DNA from: Deferribacterales bacterium
Lineage (GTDB): Bacteria; Chrysiogenota; Deferribacteres; Deferribacterales; Geovibrionaceae
Assembly (NCBI GenBank): GCA_050251945.1
Contig: JBFWLW010000010.1
Span: forward strand, 12,653-76,652
Direction: 5' to 3'
DNA length: 64,000 nt
Under the pieces are notes generated by a model. The model had not been told where the DNA came from. It searched no databases and was given only the letters and a program-made list of their open reading frames with translations. Position numbers and translations under genes: made by a program. Shown here piece after piece: positions 8,150 through 17,052 of the stretch. Positions within the stretch are counted from its first letter, which is position 1; each line of letters starts with the position of its first letter.

Positions 8150-9511
8150 ATGGAGAATCTGTCAATGTTAAAACTTTTCAATTCGGCGGTGAAGGCGGCG
8201 GCAACGCAGTCGTCCGGCTCTTCCTCTTCCGCAGGTTCATCATCATCAGCCTCGGACAGTGATAAGGCCGGATTTGAAGACGTTTTCAAATCCTATCTGG
8301 ATAAATCAGGCTCCTCTGCATCAAAGAAGACTGAAGCCGTTAAGACCGAAAAGGAAGCGGAAGCACAGCAGACCGCTGCAGCGGCGGCATCCGATGATAT
8401 TAAAGTGACAGTATTGGACGCAGACACACCCGAAAAGGTGATTGATAGTCTTAATATAAGCGATGAAGCGAAGGTCGAACTTAAGAACATGCTCGCGGAG
8501 GCGGACACGCAGGAAGAGGCGGACGCTTTTGTCCAGCAGCTTCTTACAATGCTCCAGCAGACCGGAATGACGGTTGAACAGGTCGAGGACGTAATGACCG
8601 ACCTTGCTTCATCAATCATATCTCCTGCGGCAGAAACTCAGCAGCAGGCTTCGTCCGCTGTTCTTGAATCGGTTCTGGATTCCATTGTAAAAATTCAGGA
8701 TTCAGGTCAGGAACCAACAGCCAAATTTGTTCTTCCTGAAAAGATTGAAACCCTGAAACTTCTGGTTGTCGATCAGACAATTGAAAAACAGCAGGAGTAT
8801 GCTTCGGAAAAACCGGTCGTTGTTCAGCAGTCGGCGGAGCAGACAGAAGGCGGTAAATTTGCCACGGAGCGGGCGGTTCAGCAGTCAGCGGAACCCGAAG
8901 CGGCAGAGGCTGAAGCGGAAGCAGAACCGGAAAGCGGCGTGAAAGTTCTTGTCGCTCAGGCTGAGGCAGCAGAAGCGGACGAGGCTGTTATTGATCTTGC
9001 CGCGAAACGCATTGAGGCAAAGTCAGGTGCACAGCAGCACGACACAGGTGATTTTTCATCAAAGACACCTATGACGGAAAAAATTATCACCAGCGAGATA
9101 AAGATAGATAAACCGCAGGACATCATGAAGTTTGCGGAACTTGTCGAAATAGCCAAATCTCAGAACGTAAACAAGATCAATGTTCAGCTCAACCCGCAGG
9201 AACTGGGAAAAGTGAATATCGAGCTTACGGAACATTCCGGCAAGGTCACGGGCAAAGTGACGTTTGAGTCGGAAACGGCGAGAAATTATTTCTCAAACAA
9301 TATGGAAGCGCTTAAACAGCAGCTTGCGGATAAGGGTGTGGTCATAGAGAACCTTGAGTTTCTCTTTAAAGATTTCGATCACCACGAATTCGCAGGATGG
9401 GAAAACGGGCAGAAGAAGGGCGGGTCGTCATCCGGTTCCGGTTCTTCTGACGGTGCATTGACAGAAGAAGAATCCGTTCAGGAAGAGAACGGTTCTGTAA
9501 TATACGCCTGA
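8150..9511 (+). CDS. fliK: Flagellar hook-length control protein
   Basis: Long low-complexity N-terminus plus C-terminal QLNPQELGKVNIEL...LKQQLADKG domain; directly upstream of flgD. Confidence 0.88.
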   Translation: MENLSMLKLFNSAVKAAATQSSGSSSSAGSSSSASDSDKAGFEDVFKSYLDKSGSSASKKTEAVKTEKEAEAQQTAAAAASDDIKVTVLDADTPEKVIDSLNISDEAKVELKNMLAEADTQEEADAFVQQLLTMLQQTGMTVEQVEDVMTDLASSIISPAAETQQQASSAVLESVLDSIVKIQDSGQEPTAKFVLPEKIETLKLLVVDQTIEKQQEYASEKPVVVQQSAEQTEGGKFATERAVQQSAEPEAAEAEAEAEPESGVKVLVAQAEAAEADEAVIDLAAKRIEAKSGAQQHDTGDFSSKTPMTEKIITSEIKIDKPQDIMKFAELVEIAKSQNVNKINVQLNPQELGKVNIELTEHSGKVTGKVTFESETARNYFSNNMEALKQQLADKGVVIENLEFLFKDFDHHEFAGWENGQKKGGSSSGSGSSDGALTEEESVQEENGSVIYA

Positions 9512-9530
9512 AAACAGCGGGAGATATAAA

Positions 9531-10223
9531 ATGATAGTCTCAAGCGGCAGTACTGTAAACACGGATAGATACGATACCTCAAAGATGGATATCGACAACG
9601 ACCACGGTTCTCTGGACCAGTCCGATTTCCTGAACCTGTTTGTAACACAGATGCAGAATCAGGACCCCACGGAGCCGATGGACAGTTCGCAGATGCTCCA
9701 GCAGACAGCGACCTTTTCGCAGGTTGAGAGCATGGCTTCCATGAACGAGAATATGGAGAAGATACTTGACGTTGTCTCCAATTCCTCTGTTCAGAATCAG
9801 ATGGCGTCCGCTTCAAACTTTATCGGAAAAGTTATGGAGTATGAGGGCAACGATACCACTCTGACATCGTCAGGCGCGGCTATCTCTTTTGAAGCGTCAT
9901 CTATTCCGTCGAAAACCAGCGTAACGATACGCGACGAGGACGGCAAATATATCCGGACTCTGACTCCCAGCGTGACCGACACCGACAAGAAATTTATTGT
10001 CTGGGACGGAACGGATGCGTCGGGCAACAAGATGGATGCAGGTTCATATACGTTCTCTGTCAAGGCATATGATGCCGACGGCAAGGAGATAGAGGTTAAG
10101 ACCTATTCAAACGGACAGGTCACCGGCGTTGCAACGGATTCTGGCAAACTTATTTATGAGGTCGACGGATCATACGAGGTGGCAGCCGAGGATGTCGTTT
10201 CCGTCAGAGATCTCACTAATTAA
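9531..10223 (+). CDS. flgD: Flagellar hook capping protein
   Basis: DFLNLFVTQMQNQDPTEPMD; Ig-like WDGTDASG...GSYTFSVKA. Confidence 0.95.
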   Translation: MIVSSGSTVNTDRYDTSKMDIDNDHGSLDQSDFLNLFVTQMQNQDPTEPMDSSQMLQQTATFSQVESMASMNENMEKILDVVSNSSVQNQMASASNFIGKVMEYEGNDTTLTSSGAAISFEASSIPSKTSVTIRDEDGKYIRTLTPSVTDTDKKFIVWDGTDASGNKMDAGSYTFSVKAYDADGKEIEVKTYSNGQVTGVATDSGKLIYEVDGSYEVAAEDVVSVRDLTN

Positions 10224-10235
10224 CGAGGTGCGGTT

Positions 10236-12752
10236 ATGATGCGATCACTTTACTCGGCCATCAGCGGTCTTGGTGTAAACCAGCAGGCGATGGACGTTCT
10301 GGGTAACAACATTTCAAACGTTAACACAATAGGTTATAAAGCAGGCAGAACCATATTTCAGGATATGCTCAGCCAGACAATATCGGGCGGTACGGCGGCG
10401 ACCAGCTCTGTGGGCAGTACAAACCCCTCACAGATTGGTCTCGGTTCCGTTCTCGCCACAGTTTCTAACATATTCACAGACGGTACCAACAAGACAACGG
10501 ACGTTGACACCGACCTTGCAATTCAGGGCGACGGTTTCTTCATTCTGGAAGGAAGATCCAACAATGAATTTCTGTATACCAGAGCTGGCGACTTCAACTT
10601 CGACTCTCTGGGCAATCTGGTTTCAACAGGCGGTTACAGTGTTCAGGGATGGATGGCAGATCCTGAAACGGGAGAGATAGTCACCGATACGAACACGGAA
10701 GATATCGTTGTGGGAACGGACTATCAGGCGGTTGAGGCGAAGGCAACAACGGCAACCACCGTTGCCGGTATCCTCAGTACGGATGCAGACCCCAACGTTC
10801 TGGAGTTTCCCACGCTTCTGCACAGTGCGGAAGGGAACAGCAGTATCTTCTCTGTGTACTCTGCAAACGGCGTTAAGATGGACGTTGCGGATGAGGAACC
10901 GATAAAAATAAAAGCACATGCCACAGACCTCACGGACATGAGCAGTGTTTACAACGATACCGACGTAAGTCTTGGTATAACATCATCAGCGAACAACAGT
11001 CTTCTGGTTTATATTAATAACACTGCCGAAACTTTTACATACGGCACAGATTTCACAACGATGGGCGATCTTGCAACCGCTCTTCAGAACCGTCTTAACA
11101 CTGCCGCAGGTGCGGCAGACTTCACCGTTTCCGTTACAAACGGAAAACTGAGCGTTGCCAAAACAGCGGCGGGCGGTGCGAACGTCACAATCAACTCGTT
11201 CAGCGGTTCTGCACGTCTTGCTGTGGGACTCTCAAACCTTGCCGGAACTTATGACGATACGTCTGACGTGAGAACCAGTGACCAGCTCTATTTTGAAAGC
11301 ACCGTCTATGCGGGCAGGGATTTCACCACCCTTTCGGAGCTTGCGGCAGAGATAGAATCCGCAATTGACGGAAACGTTCTTAACGGTGCCGATTTTTCGG
11401 TTACATACGATAACTCCACCGGTAAGTTCGTATATTCCAATACGGGAACCGGCACGGCTCCTGATCTGACAGGGTTTTCTTTTGACAAAGCTTACAGCGG
11501 CACGGATTTTGAGCTTAACATGGTTACAAGTGATCCGCTGACAGTTGCGAAAGGCGCCACAGGCAACAGTATGACTTTCCTCCGAGAGGCGAAGGACTCC
11601 GATGCGCTTCTTAATCTTTATACAAGCAACGGTTCCTCTCTCGGTCTCACAGACGACGCGGTGATGCAGTTTACCTCAGGAATCGGCGGCGAGAACCTCA
11701 CAGGTACGGGCAGCCAGGCTGTATATTCTGTGGGAACCGACGGTCTTGCGGGAACGGCAGACGACGTTTACTATACGCTGCAGGATCTCAGGGTCGCTCT
11801 TGCCGATTACCTAGGCTATAATTCATCATCCGAATCCGAGCTTGCTCAGCATGTCGGCAGTTTTGACGAAAATGCCGGAAAGCTTGTGCTGACATCCAAC
11901 GACGGTGTCCCCAACGAAATAGATTTCCTTAAGTTTGAGATACTGGGCAGCGGAAACTACAGCAATTTCTACGACTATTATGACTACTCGACAACCCAGA
12001 ACGCCACAGGCGGCGTTGTTACAACTTCGCAGACCATCTATGATTCACAGGGTAACGAGCACACTCTGCAGTATAATTTTGAGATGGTGGACGCCATTGA
12101 CAACCTCTGGAAACTTACAGTAACCACACCGGAGACAAATTCAACCGTTGAGTTCAACGAATCCAACGGCGGCAGCGTATATCTGCACTTTAACAGCAAC
12201 GGTTCGTTCAACTACATGGCAACAGAGGCGGGAACAAGAATTTCGTCTCTTACGGCAAACTTTGACCCCAATAACGGTGCGGGAGTTATTTCGGATATCT
12301 CAATTGACCTCGGAACGCCTTCGATGTTCGACGGTGTGTACCTTTCATCAGGTGACGGCGGTATCGAGAAAACAACTCAGGACGGTTATTCCACCGGTAC
12401 GCTTGAGGACGTTCTCTTCAACACTGCGGGCGAGATAATCGGGTATTATTCAAACAGCGAAGTTGTTAAACTCGGTCAGATAGCTCTTGCGACCTTCACA
12501 AACCCCAACGGTCTGATCAAATTCGGCGATACAACATTCAAATCGACGACCAGCTCCGGTGACGCATCTGTGGGAACACCGGGAACAGGCTCAAGGGGCG
12601 ACATTGCGTCAGGCGCGCTTGAAAACTCAAACGTGGATCTTTCAAGCGAGTTTGTAAACATGATCACCACTCAAAGAGGGTTCCAAGCTAACTCAAGGGT
12701 AATCACAACCTCGGACGAGATGCTTCAGGAACTTCTCTCTCTGAAACGTTAA
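10236..12752 (+). CDS. flgE: Flagellar hook protein (very long, 838 aa)
   Basis: MMRSLYSAISGL...GNNISNVNTIGYK, DLAIQGDGFF, YTRAGDF; C-terminal LENSNVDLSSEFVNMITTQRGFQANSR. Confidence 0.95.
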   Translation: MMRSLYSAISGLGVNQQAMDVLGNNISNVNTIGYKAGRTIFQDMLSQTISGGTAATSSVGSTNPSQIGLGSVLATVSNIFTDGTNKTTDVDTDLAIQGDGFFILEGRSNNEFLYTRAGDFNFDSLGNLVSTGGYSVQGWMADPETGEIVTDTNTEDIVVGTDYQAVEAKATTATTVAGILSTDADPNVLEFPTLLHSAEGNSSIFSVYSANGVKMDVADEEPIKIKAHATDLTDMSSVYNDTDVSLGITSSANNSLLVYINNTAETFTYGTDFTTMGDLATALQNRLNTAAGAADFTVSVTNGKLSVAKTAAGGANVTINSFSGSARLAVGLSNLAGTYDDTSDVRTSDQLYFESTVYAGRDFTTLSELAAEIESAIDGNVLNGADFSVTYDNSTGKFVYSNTGTGTAPDLTGFSFDKAYSGTDFELNMVTSDPLTVAKGATGNSMTFLREAKDSDALLNLYTSNGSSLGLTDDAVMQFTSGIGGENLTGTGSQAVYSVGTDGLAGTADDVYYTLQDLRVALADYLGYNSSSESELAQHVGSFDENAGKLVLTSNDGVPNEIDFLKFEILGSGNYSNFYDYYDYSTTQNATGGVVTTSQTIYDSQGNEHTLQYNFEMVDAIDNLWKLTVTTPETNSTVEFNESNGGSVYLHFNSNGSFNYMATEAGTRISSLTANFDPNNGAGVISDISIDLGTPSMFDGVYLSSGDGGIEKTTQDGYSTGTLEDVLFNTAGEIIGYYSNSEVVKLGQIALATFTNPNGLIKFGDTTFKSTTSSGDASVGTPGTGSRGDIASGALENSNVDLSSEFVNMITTQRGFQANSRVITTSDEMLQELLSLKR

Positions 12753-12763
12753 TCAGCTGACAT

Positions 12764-12798
12764 AAAGGCTGCGGGTCTCAGCCCCGCAGCCCCCTTTT
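12764..12798 (+). terminator. Intrinsic terminator after flgE
   Basis: GGCTGCGGG-loop-CCCGCAGCC followed by a short T tract. Confidence 0.65.
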
Positions 12799-12914
12799 AA
12801 TCACCTTTTCACCATTATTTCTGTTGACTGCAATGGCTTACATCCTGTATCTTTATAATAATTATAAAATTGTCCTGCAAAAGCGGAAGACGTTAATTGC
12901 ATTTCGGAGAAGTT

Positions 12915-13679
12915 ATGGATATAGCAACCATTGTCGGAATTCTGCTTGCATATTCTCTTGTTATTGCTGCACTTCTTATGGGACCGGGTCTCGTTCCTTA
13001 CATAGACATCCCCTCTGTTCTTATCGTTATCGGCGGCAACGCCGGTATTATTATGATGTGCGTTCCTCTGGGAACTTTCTTTTCTTTCGGCAAAGTGACG
13101 ATGAAAGCTTTCAAATATACTTTGGACGATGCCCCGAAACTTATCGCCCAGCTTGTCGAGTTCGCAGTTAAAGCAAGACGCGACGGCATCCTCTCTCTCG
13201 AATCCGCAGGCGACGAGGTTGGGGACGAATTCCTTAAAAAAGGTATCAGGCTTGCGGTGGACGGCACCGAGCCGGAAGTCATAAAGGGTATCCTTGAAAC
13301 AGAACTTAATTATATGTCGGAAAGGCATAAAACGGGTGCCAACCTGCTCGGTTACATCGTAGATTACGGTCCTGCGATGGGTATGATAGGTACGCTGATC
13401 GGTCTTGTTGCGATGCTTCAGACCATGGACGACCCAAGTTCCATCGGTCCCGCCATGGCGGTTGCCCTGCTTACCACCTTTTACGGTGCGATGATGGCGA
13501 ACCTGTTCGGCGGACCTATTAAGGCAAAGCTGGAAGGACGCTCCGCACAGGAGACCCTCATCAGAGAGATCATGATAGCAGGCATTATGGCGATACAGGC
13601 GGGAGACAACCCCCGTATCGTGGAGCAGAAGCTTAACGCTTATCTTGCTCCGAAGGAACGTAAGTCTCAATTTGAGTGA
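12915..13679 (+). CDS. motA: Flagellar stator MotA/PomA
   Basis: ARRDGILSLE, GPAMGMIGTLIGLVAML, MAVALLTTFYG; start set at MDIATIVG (SD GGAG). Confidence 0.95.
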   Translation: MDIATIVGILLAYSLVIAALLMGPGLVPYIDIPSVLIVIGGNAGIIMMCVPLGTFFSFGKVTMKAFKYTLDDAPKLIAQLVEFAVKARRDGILSLESAGDEVGDEFLKKGIRLAVDGTEPEVIKGILETELNYMSERHKTGANLLGYIVDYGPAMGMIGTLIGLVAMLQTMDDPSSIGPAMAVALLTTFYGAMMANLFGGPIKAKLEGRSAQETLIREIMIAGIMAIQAGDNPRIVEQKLNAYLAPKERKSQFE

Positions 13680-13699
13680 TATTTCCGGAGATTTTTCAA

Positions 13700-14464
13700 A
13701 TGGGCGAAAAGAAGTGTCCCGAATGTAAACCGGGTTCCCCGCTTTGGATGTCAACCTTTACGGATATGAACCAGCTTCTGCTGACGTTCTTCATCCTGCT
13801 GCTCTCCATGGCGTCCATGGATCAGAGAAAGATTAAAGTTGCTCTCGGTTCGCTGCAGGGTTCGCTCGGTGTACTTAAAGAAGGCTCACAGACGGAGTTT
13901 ACGAAAGACGACATTATGTCGCGTCTGTCGTTTGTGAAGAATGTCCAATCAATGAAAAACAAATTAAGCGAAAATATAAAGACATACGCTCAGCAGGCAA
14001 ACCTGCAGCAGAACGTTACCGTGTCAGAATCCAAAAAAGGCGTCGCAGTACGCATAATGGATTCCTCACTGTTTGCGCCCGGAACCGCGGACATAAAACC
14101 TGAGGCGTACCCGCTTCTGGATAAGTTCGCCGCAGTTATTTCTGAATCACCTTTTAACGTTGTTATCGAGGGGCATACCGACGATTTGCCCATTACCACT
14201 GCTCAGTATCCCACAAACTGGGAACTTTCAACTGCAAGAGCGGTCAACGTTGTAAAGTACTTTGTAAACAAAGGTGTCGATGCGCAAAAGCTTTCCGCAT
14301 CCGGCTACGGGTCGTACCATCCTGTTACACCGAACATAAGCCCCGAAAGCCGTGCGAAGAACAGGCGCGTTGAAATCAACTTTGTCAGCCCGGAATTGGC
14401 AGAGTCTAACAAAAATCTGTTTGATGCCGAGGAAGAGGCACAGGCGACACAAGGAGGAAGGTAA
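13700..14464 (+). CDS. motB: Flagellar stator MotB/PomB
   Basis: WMSTFTDMNQLLLTFFILLLSM TM with conserved Asp; OmpA-like EGHTD, NWELSTARA, NRRVEI. Confidence 0.95.
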   Translation: MGEKKCPECKPGSPLWMSTFTDMNQLLLTFFILLLSMASMDQRKIKVALGSLQGSLGVLKEGSQTEFTKDDIMSRLSFVKNVQSMKNKLSENIKTYAQQANLQQNVTVSESKKGVAVRIMDSSLFAPGTADIKPEAYPLLDKFAAVISESPFNVVIEGHTDDLPITTAQYPTNWELSTARAVNVVKYFVNKGVDAQKLSASGYGSYHPVTPNISPESRAKNRRVEINFVSPELAESNKNLFDAEEEAQATQGGR

Positions 14465-14976
14465 TGGCCGCAGAAGAAGAGAAAAACGCCGAAGAGGGCG
14501 GTAAGAAGAAGAAAGGCGGGAAGCTTAAGCTTATTATAATAGTCGTGGTGCTGTTTATAATTCTCGGCGGAGGCGGTTTTCTTGCTTATAAACTGTTTCA
14601 GGCTCCTAAAGACGCAGAGGCAGGCGCAGAAGTCGCTAAAAAAGAGGTTACTGCCGCGCCCACAAACGAGGTGGGAGCTCTTTATCCTCTCGAGACCTTC
14701 ATCGTCAATATGGCGGACAACGACGGTTCAAGATATCTGAAAGTTACAGTTCAGCTTGAACTGGACAAGACCGAAAAACTGAAAGAGGAGCTGGACAAGC
14801 GCGTTCCGCAGCTTCGCGATGCAATACTCACAATTTTGTCTGCAAAGACTTATGAAGAGGTAAGCTCAGCGCAGGGCAAACTTATTCTTAAACAGGAAAT
14901 ACTCCGGAGGCTGAACTCTCTGCTTCCGTTCGGACAGATAACAAATATCTATTTCACAGAATTTGTGGCACAGTAG
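14464..14976 (+). CDS. fliL: Flagellar basal body protein FliL
   Basis: N-terminal TM, FIVNMAD...RYLKV, PQLRD, IYFTEFVAQ. Confidence 0.92.
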   Translation: MAAEEEKNAEEGGKKKKGGKLKLIIIVVVLFIILGGGGFLAYKLFQAPKDAEAGAEVAKKEVTAAPTNEVGALYPLETFIVNMADNDGSRYLKVTVQLELDKTEKLKEELDKRVPQLRDAILTILSAKTYEEVSSAQGKLILKQEILRRLNSLLPFGQITNIYFTEFVAQ

Positions 14977-14981
14977 GAAAT

Positions 14982-15269
14982 ATGAAAGATACTCACATTG
15001 CCAAACACGAATTCGGAGAGGTTCTTTTCGACATTAAGGTCGAGCTCGGACGCAAGATGGTGAAAGTCCGCGAGCTTCTGGGCTGGGAAAAGGGAACCAT
15101 ACTGAAATTCAACAAAACGTCCGGCGAACCCGTGGATTTCCTCGTGAACGGAAAACCGCTGGCGCTTGGCGAGATAATGGTTCTGGATGACAAATTTGCC
15201 ATCCGTATCACAGAGATACTGGACAAACAGAAACTTACTGAGATGTATAAGAATGGCATGTACCGTTAG
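14982..15269 (+). CDS. fliN: FliM/FliN-family (SpoA domain) motor switch protein
   Basis: VELGR, GEPVDFLVNGKPLALGEIMVLDDKFAIRITEI. Confidence 0.85.
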   Translation: MKDTHIAKHEFGEVLFDIKVELGRKMVKVRELLGWEKGTILKFNKTSGEPVDFLVNGKPLALGEIMVLDDKFAIRITEILDKQKLTEMYKNGMYR

Positions 15270-16041
15270 ATATTTCCTGACAGCGATGCTGTTTCTGGTC
15301 AGCTTAACCGCCAATGCGGCGCATCTGACATATGAGATAGACGACGCGGGGCTCAGGATACAGGTTGATTTTGATCAGGGGTATTCCAATGTGAATACCC
15401 TTAAACTTGACAAGAGCTTCGTGGTCAGCTTTGAAACTCCGGAACCCGTCGTGTTCCAGCAGGAGTTTTGGGATATGCCCGTGGAGAAGCTGTTTGTCAC
15501 ATCCGATGACACAAGAAAAAGGCTTATCACTGATTTTGCCGGAGAGCTTGTGGTGCCGGAGATAGTTTCCCAGCCGAAACAGCTTAAAATAACCTATTCA
15601 TTCCCGAAGGTGCAGAAAACCTCAGACCCTGTTGTGGGTACGCAGGCGTATGCAAGGATGATATGGGGTCTGCTCATTATCCTTGCGGTTATGCTTACTA
15701 TCTTCTGGGCTTTCAGAAAATATTTCAAAAGACAGGTGTTCACCGATATCCCCGGCACAGGAAGACTTCTGGGGAAAGCGGATATCGACCTGCGCAAAAG
15801 CCTTTATTTTTACGAAATAGACAACAAAATATACATTCTGGGAGTCACCGACACTTCCATGAACCTTATTGATAAGGTTTCGGAAGAGGACGAAGTGACC
15901 CGTATCAAGGCGGGATTTACCAAGAAGACCGAATTTGTGAACTATATGAAGTTCTTCAAGAAGAACCCGGGAGTAAAAGACGAGGTGGAGATCTCCAGAA
16001 ACTCCATTTCGGAGAGGTTGAAGTCATTAAGAAAGCGCTGA
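15253..16041 (+). CDS. fliO: FliO-like flagellar biosynthesis protein with periplasmic N-terminal extension
   Basis: Lies between fliN and fliP; signal peptide, single TM, then KSLYFYEIDNKIYILGVTDTSMNLI (FliO-like). Start uncertain. Confidence 0.7.
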   Translation: MACTVRYFLTAMLFLVSLTANAAHLTYEIDDAGLRIQVDFDQGYSNVNTLKLDKSFVVSFETPEPVVFQQEFWDMPVEKLFVTSDDTRKRLITDFAGELVVPEIVSQPKQLKITYSFPKVQKTSDPVVGTQAYARMIWGLLIILAVMLTIFWAFRKYFKRQVFTDIPGTGRLLGKADIDLRKSLYFYEIDNKIYILGVTDTSMNLIDKVSEEDEVTRIKAGFTKKTEFVNYMKFFKKNPGVKDEVEISRNSISERLKSLRKR

Positions 16042-16772
16042 TACTTATACCATTACTTCTGATACCCTTCACCGGAGTTCTGGCGGCGGATCCGGTTCCG
16101 TTTCCCGCATTCCGTTTCGGCATGGAGCAGGCGGCAAGCCCGCAGGATGTTTCCGTCACTTTGCAGCTGGTCTTCTTTCTGACGATAATTTCCCTTGCGC
16201 CGTCGATACTTATACTTATGACATCGTTCACGCGCATAATAATAGTGTTTTCGCTTTTGAGAACTGCGATGGGAACCACAACAGTGCCGCCCAGTCAGGT
16301 TCTGGTGGGTCTGGCGCTCATTCTTACGTTTTATATCATGCAGCCGGTGTTCAACGAGGCATACACGAAGGGCTACCAGCCGTATATGGCGGGGCAGATA
16401 ACCTTCGGAGAGATGCTGGCACAGGCGAAACAGCCACTTAGAAAATTCATGCTCAAAAATACCAGAAAGAAGGACGTGCGAACCTTCATAGAGATAAGCA
16501 ACCAGCCCAGACCGAAATCAGCGGCGGATATCCCTGACACTGTTCTTGTGGCATCGTTTGTTGTGAGCGAGCTTACAACTGCCTTCCAGATGGGATTTCT
16601 GATATTTCTGCCGTTTCTCATCATCGACTTTGTGGTGGCGAGCGTTCTGCTTGCCATGGGTATGATGATGCTTCCGCCTGCGATGGTTTCGCTGCCGTTT
16701 AAAATAATGCTGTTCATACTTGTTGACGGGTGGGGACTCATTGTTACATCGCTCGTCAAAAGCTTCTGGTGA
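16026..16772 (+). CDS. fliP: Flagellar export gate protein FliP (probable ATT start; first ATG at 16122)
   Basis: MTSFTRIIIVFSLLR.AMG, MGMMMLPP..VSLPFK.MLF.LVDGW; in-frame signal peptide encoded upstream of the first ATG. Confidence 0.93.
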   Translation: MKKALILIPLLLIPFTGVLAADPVPFPAFRFGMEQAASPQDVSVTLQLVFFLTIISLAPSILILMTSFTRIIIVFSLLRTAMGTTTVPPSQVLVGLALILTFYIMQPVFNEAYTKGYQPYMAGQITFGEMLAQAKQPLRKFMLKNTRKKDVRTFIEISNQPRPKSAADIPDTVLVASFVVSELTTAFQMGFLIFLPFLIIDFVVASVLLAMGMMMLPPAMVSLPFKIMLFILVDGWGLIVTSLVKSFW

Positions 16773-16778
16773 TAACCT

Positions 16779-17051
16779 ATGACACCCGATTTAGTAATCG
16801 ACATGCTTACAAAAGCTTTGCAGCTTTCACTGCTGATCGCGTCGCCCATGCTCCTTTTCGGGCTTGTGATCGGTCTCATAATCAGTATCTTCCAGTCCGT
16901 TACGCAGATTCAGGAGATGACACTTACCTTCATCCCTAAAATAATCGGCGTTATCGTGGCTGTTATGCTGTTCGCGCCATGGATGCTTGATCAGATAATG
17001 ACATACACCATCCAGCTTTTCGGCAACCTTCATAATTACATAGGAAAGTGA
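16779..17051 (+). CDS. fliQ: Flagellar export protein FliQ
   Basis: GLIISIFQSVTQIQEMTLTFIPKI. Confidence 0.96.
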   Translation: MTPDLVIDMLTKALQLSLLIASPMLLFGLVIGLIISIFQSVTQIQEMTLTFIPKIIGVIVAVMLFAPWMLDQIMTYTIQLFGNLHNYIGK

Positions 17052-17052
17052 T

